DNA from: Blastocatellia bacterium
GTDB lineage: Bacteria; Acidobacteriota; Blastocatellia; UBA7656
Assembly: GCA_049273855.1 (NCBI GenBank)
Contig: JBASRN010000270.1
Span: 8,320 to 72,319, forward strand
Reading direction: 5' to 3'
Length of the DNA: 64,000 bases
Made by a program: the position numbers and the translations under genes
The notes under the pieces: model-generated
What the model saw: only the letters and a program-made list of their open reading frames with translations
Databases searched by the model: none
What the model was told of the DNA's origin: nothing
Part shown: positions 9,347 to 19,002 of the stretch, piece after piece
How positions within the stretch are numbered: position 1 is the first letter of the stretch
Layout of the letters: every line of letters starts with the position of its first letter

Positions 9347-10036
9347 TCAGCGCTTCGACTCGAATCTCTTATGCCAGTACGCTTCTATGCCGACGGGATC
9401 ATCAGTGCGAATTACGTGCACCGTGTTCGCTTTCTCCGGAAGTTGAATCGCGAGCTCGCGCTCTCGGCGCCCCAATGCGTTGCTCCTCCCGATTTTGTAG
9501 AACTCTCTTGCCTTTAGAAGATAAACAACCCCAATTTCCTCGGCGCTCGCGTTCTCATCATCGAGATTCGCCTTGTCCTCTTGCGCAATCGCCTTGCACA
9601 TAGCGAGCACATCCTCGAATCCCTCGCGTTCTCGGCAGTGTTCAGCGACCTTCGAAACTAGCTGACTCTTTGGGCCTAACCGGCGGAAAGTCTTGTCACT
9701 CGGGAACCCGCCCTGTTCATGCGCCTTGAGGCGCAGGTCGCCGGAAACCGGGAAGTGGCCAAGTTCGCGGCAAATAGCGATGAGTTTCCCTATCAGCAGT
9801 TCGTCGGAGTAAGCCTTTTGCTTCTGATTCGGAGCAAGGCCAGCTTCCCGAACCGCGTCACTCCAGCGAGCCCAATATTTACCGTACCAGTCGGACTCCT
9901 TGATCCCGGTCTCCGTGAAGAATCTCAGCCTACCAAGCGGAACACCCCCGTTCGCTTTCGCAGCGCGTCTTATCTCGTCCAGGATATGCTTCTTGTTCAT
10001 GCTGATCGGTATTTTGCGCATCGCGAGAGGAATCAA
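9347..10036 (-). CDS. T5orf172 (MUG113)/GIY-YIG-superfamily domain protein with N-terminal helical repeat domain
   Basis: C-terminal GVVYLLKAREFYKIGRSN...RRERELAIQLPEKANTVHVIRTDDPVGIEAYWHKRF matches the T5orf172 domain signature. An alternative start is at 10000 (MNKKHILDEI). Confidence 0.5.
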   Translation of the reverse strand: MIPLAMRKIPISMNKKHILDEIRRAAKANGGVPLGRLRFFTETGIKESDWYGKYWARWSDAVREAGLAPNQKQKAYSDELLIGKLIAICRELGHFPVSGDLRLKAHEQGGFPSDKTFRRLGPKSQLVSKVAEHCREREGFEDVLAMCKAIAQEDKANLDDENASAEEIGVVYLLKAREFYKIGRSNALGRRERELAIQLPEKANTVHVIRTDDPVGIEAYWHKRFESKR

Positions 10037-11256
10037 CGAGAATCAGCCACCTTTTCCGATGTCCGATCGTTAAAGGTCAGAGCGAAGAACAATGTGATGA
10101 CTGCGGCGAATATGCACGGGATCAACCAGAACATTCGCCAATCCATGACTTCGTTGGTTTTCACAGCATCGCCCACCTTCCCGGAAACGATCGAGCCAAG
10201 CCCGATACCGACGCCATAGGTGATCAGCGCGATGAACCCCTGGGCACTGGCGCGAATCTCCCGCGGCGCTTTCTTGTCGACATAAATCTGCCCGGTGACG
10301 AAGAAAAAGTCATAGCAGATGCCGTGCAAAAGAAGGCCGCCGTAAATCATCCACGCCGCCGAGTCGAGGTTGCCGTACGCGAACAACGCATATCGCGCAG
10401 CCCATGCCAGCATCCCCACCAGCAGCATCTTTTTCACGCCCAGGCGAATAAAGAAAAACGGCATCAGAACCATGAAGACGACTTCCGACATCTGCCCAAT
10501 GCTCTGCTTGGCCGCCGCGTTCTCCATTTCCAAATAGTTGAGAAACGGATTCGTGAAATTGTAGTAGAAGGCCAACGGGATGGAGATTAGCAATGAACAG
10601 AGCACGAATACGAAGAACGACCTCTCCTTCAGCAACCTGATTGCTTTGAGGCCCAGCACTTCGCCGACACTGACCTTCTTGCCGACATTTTGCGGCGGCG
10701 TGTCCGGCAGCGTGAATGAATAGAGCCCCATCACAATGGAAGCGATCGCAGCCATCTTCATCGGAATTGCCGTCTCTTCGACCTGAGGATAAAACTTGCC
10801 CAGAATAAAAGAGATACTCAACCCGGCCGCTATCCAGCCGATTGTCCCCCAGACGCGTACCTTGGGGAACTGCGAGTCCGGGGTTTCCATTTGATGAAAT
10901 GAAATATTGTTGACCAGCGCCAGCGTCGGCATATAGCTCAGGTTGTAAAGCAACAGGCCGAAGATCAACCAGCCAACCGTTGCAACGTCTGCGGACAGGT
11001 AGAGGATGATGGCGCCGAGCAGATGAAGCGCACCCATCACTTTCTGCGAGGCGAAGAATCTGTCCGCGATCATGCCGATAAAGAAGGGGGAAATGATGGC
11101 GGCGATGTTGTTCATCAGGAACGCATAGCCGATTTGACTATTTGTGAAGCCGGGACCCTTCCCCAGGTACGTGCCAAGCGTCACAAACCACGCGCCCCAG
11201 ACAAAGAACTCGAGAAACATCATCACGCTCAGCCGAGTGTACGTCTTCGCATCCAT
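10033..11256 (-). CDS. MFS transporter, NupG/XapB nucleoside:H+ symporter family-like
   Basis: 12-TM protein with N-terminus (LSVMMFLEFFVWGAWFVTLGTYL...IAAIISPFFIGMIADRF) closely following NupG family topology and motifs. Confidence 0.7.
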   Translation of the reverse strand: MDAKTYTRLSVMMFLEFFVWGAWFVTLGTYLGKGPGFTNSQIGYAFLMNNIAAIISPFFIGMIADRFFASQKVMGALHLLGAIILYLSADVATVGWLIFGLLLYNLSYMPTLALVNNISFHQMETPDSQFPKVRVWGTIGWIAAGLSISFILGKFYPQVEETAIPMKMAAIASIVMGLYSFTLPDTPPQNVGKKVSVGEVLGLKAIRLLKERSFFVFVLCSLLISIPLAFYYNFTNPFLNYLEMENAAAKQSIGQMSEVVFMVLMPFFFIRLGVKKMLLVGMLAWAARYALFAYGNLDSAAWMIYGGLLLHGICYDFFFVTGQIYVDKKAPREIRASAQGFIALITYGVGIGLGSIVSGKVGDAVKTNEVMDWRMFWLIPCIFAAVITLFFALTFNDRTSEKVADSR

Positions 11257-11383
11257 TCAACGAGTCTCCACGTTCGTAGTACCGCCCTCAGCACGTTTCG
11301 TAGTACCGCCTTCAGTCAGGCGGAAGTTCGCGAGGCTGCAACAGTCCGTCATGAACTTCCGGCTGAAGGCCGTACTATGAACG

Positions 11384-11998
11384 TTACTGGATCTCTCTTA
11401 CTCGCACGCGGCGGAACGAGACGCGCGAGATCAGATCGTGGTTTTGCAAACCAACGAAGCCTTCGGTGGCGCGAGTGCCCTCGAACTCGTTTACCTTCTC
11501 GCCGTTCAGTTCGACAGTGTAGCGCTGACCCACGACTGTTATCTCAAAAAGATTCCACTGGCCTGCAGGCTTGGAAGCCACTCTGGTAGCTGGATGAAAA
11601 CTGTAGATCGAGCCCGTCTGAAACATCAGACCCTTTTCCGCGCAGTCGTCGATTTGAATCTCGTAGCCGTTGTTCACCGCGTACCATGGGTCGTCGCTTT
11701 TGTCGGGGAAGCGAACAAACACGCCCGAGTTGTTGCACTTGTGGTTGGCCTTCCACTCGACTTGCAGCGTGAAGTTGCGAAACTTTCGCCCTTCGTACCA
11801 CAGCATTCCCATCCCGCCGTGAGTAACCAGCGCCCCGTCTTCGACGGTGAAGTTGCCTTTGCCGGCCATTCGCCAACCAGTCACGTCTTTGCCGTTGAAC
11901 AGATCGATCCACTTGCCGTCCTTCTTCCGCGGCACCGCGAGCGCAGCAAGCGAAAGGAATAGTATCAACCCGCCAGTTATCATTGTTCTTTCTCTCAA
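11384..11998 (-). CDS. DUF1080 (3-keto-disaccharide hydrolase-like, concanavalin-type fold) secreted protein
   Basis: Signal peptide and the IDLFNGKDVTGW...GYEIQIDD...GLQNH motif pattern characteristic of DUF1080 / PF06439. Confidence 0.8.
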   Translation of the reverse strand: MRERTMITGGLILFLSLAALAVPRKKDGKWIDLFNGKDVTGWRMAGKGNFTVEDGALVTHGGMGMLWYEGRKFRNFTLQVEWKANHKCNNSGVFVRFPDKSDDPWYAVNNGYEIQIDDCAEKGLMFQTGSIYSFHPATRVASKPAGQWNLFEITVVGQRYTVELNGEKVNEFEGTRATEGFVGLQNHDLISRVSFRRVRVREIQ

Positions 11999-12057
11999 TG
12001 TTGTTCCCAGCCTTTCAAGACAAGACGAGGTTCGAAATCAATCCGCAATCCGCAATC

Positions 12058-13758
12058 CTATAGGTTTCCCTTCTTGTGTTGATCCACAACGTACTCACAA
12101 GCCCGAACCGTCAGCGCCATCATCGTCAGCGTGGGATTCTGACACCCGATCGAAACAAAACAAGAGCCGTCGGTCACAAACAGGTTCTTCACGTCCCAAC
12201 TCTGATTGAACTTGTTGAGCACCGAGGTCTTGCGGTCGTTCCCCATTCGCGCGGTGCCGACCTCGTGAATGCACAGCCCCGGCGAGGCGAGAAACGGACT
12301 GCCGAAGTTGACCTGGAACTTCGCTTCGTGAGCCATCTCATTCAACGTTTCCAACATGTCCCGAGCCATGGCCTTCTCGTTGTCGCCGTGACTGCAGTCG
12401 ATGTGCGCTACGGGAATTCCCCACGCGTCTTTCATTTCCTTGTCGATCGTCACCCGGTTCTCTTTGCGCGGCAACATCTCGCCCCAGCCGCCAAGCCAGA
12501 ACGGCGCCGGATCGTTAGTTTCCCGCACTCTCTTCTTGTACTCCGAACCGAAGCCAGGGATCGACTTGAGCGTCGTCGGCAGCATCCCTCGCTGCACGCC
12601 ACCCTGCATGCCGTAGCCGCGAATGAAGTTGGGATGGCGGTCGTGGACGTTTCTAAACTTCGGTATATAGATGCCGTTCGCCCGCCCGTCGTCGAAGTTG
12701 TAGCGGTAATTAGCAACAGCCGGAACGACTCCCCCTATTGCAATCTGAAAGATGTGGTCCATCAGGTAACGACCCAGCACTCCCGATGAGTTTCCCAACC
12801 CGGCCGGATGCTGGCGAGTCGCGCTGTTCATCAACAGCCGTGTTGATTCAATCGTCGAAGCGCACAACATCACGACTTTGCCGAACACCTCGAAAGTGTT
12901 CTTTGTGACTTGATCTATGCAGGCGACGCCCCTGGCTTTGCCAGTTCTGGTGTCTACGATGACGTGACTCGCGACTGCGTTAGTGCGCAGCGTAAGCCTG
13001 CCAGTCTTAGCCGCAGCCGGAAGCGTCGAGCCGGGGCTGCTGAAGTACGACGAAGTCGTGCAGCCCCGATCGCAGTGACCGCACCAGTGACACGCGGCTC
13101 GCCCGTTGTGCCGCTGAGTCAGTATCGCCGCGCGGCCGATCATCACGCGGCGATCTTTCCACTTTCGCTCGACGCTTTTCTTTAACAGCCACTCGCCGCA
13201 TGTCATCTTCATCGCCGGTAAGAACTTTCCATCGGGGAGATTCGGAACGTTCTCGTACGAGCCGCTGACGCCGATGAACTCTTCGACCTTGTCGTAGTAC
13301 GGAGCAAGCTCGGTGTAACTGAGTGGCCAATCCTCGCCAAACCCGTCACGGCTCGCGGCCTTCAGCTCGCAGTCCGAAAGCCGATACGTTTGCCGTCCCC
13401 AGGTGATCGTGCGCCCGCCGACCTGGCGGCCGCGAATCCAGTCGAACTGTTTGCGATCGGGCGTGGTGTAGGGATTGTCGATGTCGTCTACAAAGAATTG
13501 ATGTCCGTACTCGTTACACGCGTAGCACTTCGACTGAACGGGCTGGCGCGCGCGAAAGACTTCGCGGTTGCCTAAAGTGCCGCGGTACTTAACTTCGTAG
13601 GGCCAGGTGTGCTCGTTGAAGTCTCTATCGGGATCGAGCTTGCGTCCGGCTTCGAGCACGATCACTCGCATGCCTTTTTCGGTTAGCTCCTTCGCGGCCC
13701 ATCCGCCGGTCGCGCCTGAACCGACCACGATTGCGTCGTAGATTTCTTCCTTAGGCAT
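12058..13758 (-). CDS. GMC family oxidoreductase (FAD-dependent, glycoside/sugar 3-dehydrogenase-like)
   Basis: N-terminal FAD fold [19 protein letters not shown]-terminal GMC motifs ([17 protein letters not shown]). Paralog of 16467-18176. Confidence 0.85.
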   Translation of the reverse strand: MPKEEIYDAIVVGSGATGGWAAKELTEKGMRVIVLEAGRKLDPDRDFNEHTWPYEVKYRGTLGNREVFRARQPVQSKCYACNEYGHQFFVDDIDNPYTTPDRKQFDWIRGRQVGGRTITWGRQTYRLSDCELKAASRDGFGEDWPLSYTELAPYYDKVEEFIGVSGSYENVPNLPDGKFLPAMKMTCGEWLLKKSVERKWKDRRVMIGRAAILTQRHNGRAACHWCGHCDRGCTTSSYFSSPGSTLPAAAKTGRLTLRTNAVASHVIVDTRTGKARGVACIDQVTKNTFEVFGKVVMLCASTIESTRLLMNSATRQHPAGLGNSSGVLGRYLMDHIFQIAIGGVVPAVANYRYNFDDGRANGIYIPKFRNVHDRHPNFIRGYGMQGGVQRGMLPTTLKSIPGFGSEYKKRVRETNDPAPFWLGGWGEMLPRKENRVTIDKEMKDAWGIPVAHIDCSHGDNEKAMARDMLETLNEMAHEAKFQVNFGSPFLASPGLCIHEVGTARMGNDRKTSVLNKFNQSWDVKNLFVTDGSCFVSIGCQNPTLTMMALTVRACEYVVDQHKKGNL

Positions 13759-13781
13759 TGATGACCTCTCGAGCAGCGCCG

Positions 13782-14276
13782 CTATCGGTTAGCATCGATC
13801 TCATGTATCTGCTGCGTAATCGTCTCGTGATTGACTCCCAACTGCTCGAACAGTGTTACTGAATCGCTCCGGGCATTGGCGAAGATTCCAATGAGAACAT
13901 CCTCGGCTTCAATTCTTCCACGTCCATTCTGGCGAGCGTGTTCGAGCGCAGCCGCTAGCGTCGCGCGGAATTCTTCTGAGACCTTTAAGGCGTCGCCCGC
14001 ATGACTGCCCTGACCTAACCCCTCGGATATTGCATGCAGGGCAACTTCCGGATCGCGGTTCAGCTTATGCAGCAGGCTTTCAAACTTTAGCGATTCGATT
14101 TTGGCATACGCGATTAACGCATGTTCTGGAACCAGTTGCGAGTGCTTCAACGCTCTTGCTTGTCTGTAAGCCCCGCGTACAATCCTTTGACCACTTTCAG
14201 CAACTTTGCCTGTGTAAACTTCAAAGCTAATATCGCTTGGGCGTAACCCAAAGTGAGCAAGTAGGGTCTTCATCAA
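13782..14276 (-). CDS. Clp N-terminal (Clp_N repeat)-like domain protein
   Basis: Two helical repeats resembling Clp_N (EHALIAYAK..., [10 protein letters not shown]...). Sits between the GMC and TIM-barrel genes; function unknown. Confidence 0.4.
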   Translation of the reverse strand: MMKTLLAHFGLRPSDISFEVYTGKVAESGQRIVRGAYRQARALKHSQLVPEHALIAYAKIESLKFESLLHKLNRDPEVALHAISEGLGQGSHAGDALKVSEEFRATLAAALEHARQNGRGRIEAEDVLIGIFANARSDSVTLFEQLGVNHETITQQIHEIDANR

Positions 14277-14325
14277 CTTCGTTGACGCTCCACATCCCGA
14301 GACTTCTCATTGCCGGAATCAACTC

Positions 14326-15192
14326 TTAGGCGGTGCTCATCTTCAAAACTTCCCTGAGCGTTTCATCCGCCATTCGAGACGGTTTGTACTCCAGTCCCAC
14401 AAACCCCTGATACCCCGAAGCCGCGATCGCGCGAAACACGTTGGCGTAGTTGATCTCGCCCGTGCCCGGCTCGTGACGGCCGGGCACGTCCGCTATGTGA
14501 AAGTGCGCGATCTTCGCGATGTTCTTTGTGATGTCCGCGATCACGTTCCCCTCCATGATCTGATGGTGATAGATGTCGAACAACATCTTAAGCGCGGGGC
14601 TTCCGACTTCATCGATCATCTCGAAGCCCTCCTTCGCTGTCTGCAAATAGTAGCCCGGGTGATCGACTTTTATGTTGAGCGGTTCGAGCACAAGTGTTAC
14701 CTGGGCTTGCTCGGCCAGCGGAACGGCAGCCTTCAAAGCCGTGACGTAGTTCGCGTGTTGTTCGGCGCGCGCGATGCGCTTGTCCTCGAAGCCGGTGGTC
14801 ACAATCAGAGTCTTCACCCCCAACCGTTTCGCGGTTACCAGTGACGCTTGAATCTCTGCCACGAAAGTCTTGCGCGCTTCCTCGGAGTTCATATGCTTCC
14901 AACCCGAACCCATGATCGTAGCGATCTCGAGACCGAGCTCGTTCTTCTTCCGAAGGATTGCCTCGACGTCTTTGTTCTTCCACTCCCAGAACTCGAATGC
15001 GGGGTAGCCAAGCTTTTTGATCCGCTCCATTCGGTCGACGAATGGGACCTCGGTGAGGATCATGTCGATGCAGACCGACAGCCTTATCGGGTTGGGTTTC
15101 GATTGCGGCAGCGACCTGACAAGCAGCGGCGCAGCGGCGACAAACGCCGACGCGCCTGCTGCCTGCCTGAGAAAGTGCCTGCGACTGAGCAT
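14326..15192 (-). CDS. sugar phosphate isomerase/epimerase (xylose isomerase-like TIM barrel), Tat-secreted
   Basis: Twin-arginine signal MLSRRHFLRQAAGASAF followed by an AP-endonuclease-2/xylose-isomerase-like TIM barrel. Confidence 0.8.
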   Translation of the reverse strand: MLSRRHFLRQAAGASAFVAAAPLLVRSLPQSKPNPIRLSVCIDMILTEVPFVDRMERIKKLGYPAFEFWEWKNKDVEAILRKKNELGLEIATIMGSGWKHMNSEEARKTFVAEIQASLVTAKRLGVKTLIVTTGFEDKRIARAEQHANYVTALKAAVPLAEQAQVTLVLEPLNIKVDHPGYYLQTAKEGFEMIDEVGSPALKMLFDIYHHQIMEGNVIADITKNIAKIAHFHIADVPGRHEPGTGEINYANVFRAIAASGYQGFVGLEYKPSRMADETLREVLKMSTA

Positions 15193-15390
15193 GGTTTCTT
15201 GGTCCGGGTTTGATGCCCCGCCTTAGGGAGTCTGTCGGATTAATGGTCTTCTCTGCGCTCCGCGGCCTTGTATCGCGGCGGTGAGATATTTTTCGCGACC
15301 AGCTAACCGCGGACGCCAAGACGCAGAGGTTCGCCCAGAGAGCGACTAAACCTTCCACTGACCTGAAACGCGGAACTACGAACTGTTCAC

Positions 15391-16263
15391 TCAGGACAGC
15401 GTGCGCTTCAAATACTCAAACGCCTCCCGCACCGATGGCGTCGGGTTTTGGGGTTCGGGCTCGTACTCGATGTTTGCTGCATATTTGAACTTGAGCTTCT
15501 TGATCAGTTTCATCGTCTCGACGATCGGAGTCGCGCCTTCTCCAAGCTTGTGCTGTGTGCGTTCTGCGTCCTTCGCGCGGTCTTTGATGTGCAGGCTCAC
15601 GATCCGGCTGTGATGCTCGCGTATGTAGGCGACCGGATCGAACCCTGAGGCGAAGAAGTGCCCGATGTCCAGGTTGATACTCATATACTCCGAAGCGCCT
15701 TTGAGCGCGCTTGCGAAGTCCTCCGGCGTTTCAAACTCCTGAGTGCGGTCGCCCTTAAACCACTTCTCGCCGAACCAGTGGTTGTGAAGCCCCATTTTGA
15801 TCTTGTACTTCTGGCACCATTGATCGAGCTTCGGTACGATTGGTTTCTTGACCGACGCGGTCATCACGCTAGTCCCAAGCAGCAGCGCTCCGTTGAAGCC
15901 GCGATCCAGATGTTCGTCCGTGGCCGTGATCGGGAAGTTTACGCAGTAGGCATTGACTCGAATCCCGGCACCGTCGAACTTCTTTCGGGTCGTCATGAAA
16001 TCAGCTTCCGAAGCTTTCATGGGGTTGAGGTGCCCGTCCCACAGCTCGATGCTGCTCAAGCCGATCGAGACCATAGCCTCGATCATTTTGTCGACGCTGA
16101 AAGTCCGAAACGTGTAGCTCTGCACGCCCACTTGAATGCCACCAAAGACAGACGGCTTCAGCTTGTCACCCGGTTGGCCGGAGGCGATGCCCCGCATTGA
16201 AATGCCGGCCGCGCTTGCGAGCACGCCCTTGCCAAAGTCTCTTCGTGTTAGGCGATCGTTCAT
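15391..16263 (-). CDS. sugar phosphate isomerase/epimerase (xylose isomerase-like TIM barrel), Tat-secreted
   Basis: Twin-arginine signal (LTRRDFGKGVLASAAGI) followed by a xylose-isomerase-like TIM barrel (IELWDGHL..., LHNHW..., NLDIGHFF). Confidence 0.8.
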   Translation of the reverse strand: MNDRLTRRDFGKGVLASAAGISMRGIASGQPGDKLKPSVFGGIQVGVQSYTFRTFSVDKMIEAMVSIGLSSIELWDGHLNPMKASEADFMTTRKKFDGAGIRVNAYCVNFPITATDEHLDRGFNGALLLGTSVMTASVKKPIVPKLDQWCQKYKIKMGLHNHWFGEKWFKGDRTQEFETPEDFASALKGASEYMSINLDIGHFFASGFDPVAYIREHHSRIVSLHIKDRAKDAERTQHKLGEGATPIVETMKLIKKLKFKYAANIEYEPEPQNPTPSVREAFEYLKRTLS

Positions 16264-16347
16264 TGATCCCCGACGTGCGGCGAAATGCGGCCCGCGCCTC
16301 AGGCCTGCGCCGCATCGGGTCGCATCATACCGACAACCCGGGAGAGT

Positions 16348-16382
16348 GACAAGTAACGATCAGTGGCGGACAAGTGACGATC
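16348..16382. promoter_or_regulatory. tandem 14-bp direct repeats GACAAGTAACGATC / GACAAGTGACGATC in divergent promoter region
   Basis: Two near-identical 14-mers, 21 bp start-to-start, in the 203-bp spacer between the divergently transcribed TIM-barrel and GMC genes. Candidate operator. Confidence 0.35.
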
Positions 16383-16466
16383 TTGCTTCGCCGCTGAACG
16401 CTGTGATAACTTCCGCGCGCCGAAGTAGCACAACCTGCCAGCTTTTGATCTCAGGGCGGAGGGCCA

Positions 16467-18176
16467 GTGGCGAAGCAGAAAATCTACGACGCAATCATCA
16501 TCGTCTCGGGCGCTTCCGGAGGCATGGCGGCCAAGGAGCTCACCGAGCGCGGCATGGAAGTGCTAGTTCTTGAAGCCGGCCCGCCCGTTAATCCCGAACG
16601 CGATCTCAGCTCGCATCGCTGGCCTTATGAATCGCTTTACCGTGGATTTGGAGCTCCGGGTTGGAAAGACCAGGACCAGTGGATGCAAGCGACCGCCGGG
16701 GAGTTCAGCCGCCAGTTCTACGTCAAAGACTCCGAACATCCCTACACCACCGAGCCAGGCAAGCCGTTCCTCTGGGTGAGGGCGCGGATCGCCGGCGGCA
16801 AGACGCTTCACTGGGGCCGGATGTCGTATCGACTCTCCGATCTCGATTTCAAAGCGGCAACACACGACGGTTTCGGCGACAACTGGCCGATCAGCTATGA
16901 GGAGCTTGCGCCCTACTACGACAAAGCCGAAGAGTTCATCGGCGTCAGCGGCTCGCGAGACGGCTTGCCGAACTTGCCCGACGGAAGCTTCCAACCGCCG
17001 ATGAAGCTGAACTGCGGCGAGCAGATGCTTCGCCGAGGCGCGCAGAAGACCGGTCGCCACGGCATCCCCATGCGCGTCGCTATGCTGACAGCGCCGCCTA
17101 AGCCGTGGATGAAAAAGCGAAACCGGTGTCACTTCTGCGGCAACTGCGGAGACGGCTGCGACGTGGGCGCGATGTTTAACTCGCTTTCCTCCACTCTTCC
17201 GGTCGCCGAGGCCACCGGCCGCATGACTCTGCGGACCGATTCGATCGTTCGCCACATCATAGTCGACACCAACACCGGCAAAGCGAAGGGCGTCGCGCTT
17301 GTGGACCGCGTGACTCGCCAGGAGCGCGAAGAGTTCGCCAGGGTGATCGTGCTAGGAGCCTCGACGCTCGAGTCGACCCGAATAATGTTGAACTCGAAGT
17401 CGCGCCAGCACCCGAACGGGCTGGGCAATTCGTCGGGCAAGCTCGGGCACTACCTGATGGATCACTTCGGCGGGATCTTCATAAGCGGCTACTTCAACGT
17501 GCTGGCCGATCGCGAACCGGTGAATGAAGACGGCAAGACTTCGGGCTTGCTGGTACCCCGCTTTCGGAACATCAACAAAGAAACGAAGCAGCAGCGATTC
17601 GTTCGCGGCTACGGGTTCGAGTGCGGATCGGGTTCGCGTCAGTTCCCGGCCTTCGCAAAGAACGCGCAACTCACGCCGGGCTTCGGCTCGGAGTACAAGA
17701 AGCGAGTGCGCCACTACTACTCGACGCCGGTGAGCATGACGGTGCGAGCCGAGATGTTGCCGCGCTTTGAGAACTACGCGGAGATTGACCCGGATGGCGT
17801 GGTAGACGCGTGGGGCATCCCGGTGCTCAAGATTCATTGCCAGTACTCGGACAACGAGCGCGAGATGGCTCGCGACTCGATCGAGACCATGCAAGAGATC
17901 ATGAAAGCTGCGGGCGCCGAAATGGCGTCGATGGGCACGCGCATGAGCGCACCTGGCCGGATCATTCACGAGTTGGGAACCGCTCGGATGGGAACCGACA
18001 GAAAGACATCGATCCTGAACAAGTTCAATCAGAGTTGGGATGTGAAGAACCTGTTCGTGATCGACGGCGCGGCTTTTGTTACGAGCGCGAATCAGAATCC
18101 GACTTTGACGATACTCGCATTGACGATGCGGGCTTGCGATAAGCTGGTGGATGAGTTCAAGCGAGGAAACGTCTAG
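16467..18176 (+). CDS. GMC family oxidoreductase (FAD-dependent), second paralog
   Basis: DAIIIVSGASGGMAAKEL Rossmann motif and GMC C-terminal motifs (HELGTARMG, NLFVIDGA). Same architecture as 12058-13758. Confidence 0.85.
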   Translation: MAKQKIYDAIIIVSGASGGMAAKELTERGMEVLVLEAGPPVNPERDLSSHRWPYESLYRGFGAPGWKDQDQWMQATAGEFSRQFYVKDSEHPYTTEPGKPFLWVRARIAGGKTLHWGRMSYRLSDLDFKAATHDGFGDNWPISYEELAPYYDKAEEFIGVSGSRDGLPNLPDGSFQPPMKLNCGEQMLRRGAQKTGRHGIPMRVAMLTAPPKPWMKKRNRCHFCGNCGDGCDVGAMFNSLSSTLPVAEATGRMTLRTDSIVRHIIVDTNTGKAKGVALVDRVTRQEREEFARVIVLGASTLESTRIMLNSKSRQHPNGLGNSSGKLGHYLMDHFGGIFISGYFNVLADREPVNEDGKTSGLLVPRFRNINKETKQQRFVRGYGFECGSGSRQFPAFAKNAQLTPGFGSEYKKRVRHYYSTPVSMTVRAEMLPRFENYAEIDPDGVVDAWGIPVLKIHCQYSDNEREMARDSIETMQEIMKAAGAEMASMGTRMSAPGRIIHELGTARMGTDRKTSILNKFNQSWDVKNLFVIDGAAFVTSANQNPTLTILALTMRACDKLVDEFKRGNV

Positions 18177-18204
18177 GAATTTCGGATTGCGGATCGAGGG
18201 AGCG

Positions 18205-18813
18205 ATGTTCGGAATTGAACAGAAACGGGCAATGACAAGAGCGGCCGCAAAAGCGGCGAAACTTCACTCGATCGCGGCGGTGATGCGCGGGCGGAGCTTC
18301 GCAGGCAATTTCGAAGCAGGTGGGGTCCCCTACGGTTTTACTTACGACCCCCGGAAGTCATCGCTGATCGGCCGTAGACTTCGACTCAACGGAGGTCTGA
18401 CCGTCGTCGACGGGCGGCCTGACGCTAGAGTCCCTCCGCACAGTCTCAACAATGTGCGTGCGACACTGGTGAGCGCCCAGGGTGGAATAGGAACCGCTCC
18501 GCCGCGCAAGAAGATGCCCGCTGATCTTTCGCCCGTCCGGCCCGACTTGCCCGTAGTTGAGAGCACCGGCGCGCTTTCGTTTTGCGGCGTGCTTTACTTT
18601 AAGCTTTCGCCGCTCGATGGACGCGCTCTCGGAGTTCCAGCGGTCATGGGCCCGTTGCAACTAAACGTACGGCTCGCACCAGCGAACGACGCGGAACGCA
18701 ATCTTCAGGGTGTTTTCAGCTCGATCGTTGATGCCCTGTTCGGCAAGCAGATGGACATCGCCACGGCTTCCGCCCACATACGTGACTTGAACAAGATTCT
18801 CGCTTCGGGCTGA
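18205..18813 (+). CDS. hypothetical protein
   Basis: ATG at 18205 preceded by a GAGGGA Shine-Dalgarno; no recognisable domain. Overlaps the GMC stop if the longer listed ORF is used. Confidence 0.3.
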   Translation: MFGIEQKRAMTRAAAKAAKLHSIAAVMRGRSFAGNFEAGGVPYGFTYDPRKSSLIGRRLRLNGGLTVVDGRPDARVPPHSLNNVRATLVSAQGGIGTAPPRKKMPADLSPVRPDLPVVESTGALSFCGVLYFKLSPLDGRALGVPAVMGPLQLNVRLAPANDAERNLQGVFSSIVDALFGKQMDIATASAHIRDLNKILASG

Positions 18814-19002
18814 GGACTCGGCGCGCTCCGAGTGTCATCTGATCTAACACACCTCGCGCTGGTTCCAACAATCAACCGGGGCCCGTCCGATCTTCCGCTT
18901 CGTGATAAAACAGCCGAGCTATCGCTGGTCTTCGCAAGATGCCCTCGCAGTTGAGCCGTGCTAATATCCGAGTTGAAAAGACGAGGATAGAAAGAGGTTA
19001 TC

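Noticed and set aside
12025-12050. GGTTCGAAATC followed by CAATCCG x3 tandem heptamer
   Set aside because: No tRNA cloverleaf can be assembled. It is likely just a short tandem repeat in the DUF1080 upstream region, of unknown significance.
12076-12789. 237-aa + strand ORF
   Set aside because: It lies antisense inside the GMC oxidoreductase CDS. Similar antisense ORFs at 16563-17255 and 17352-17969 were rejected for the same reason.
14609-15358. 249-aa Arg-rich ORF on the - strand
   Set aside because: It overlaps the Tat-secreted TIM-barrel gene in another frame. Its composition (runs of R, G, A) is that of a spurious high-GC frame.
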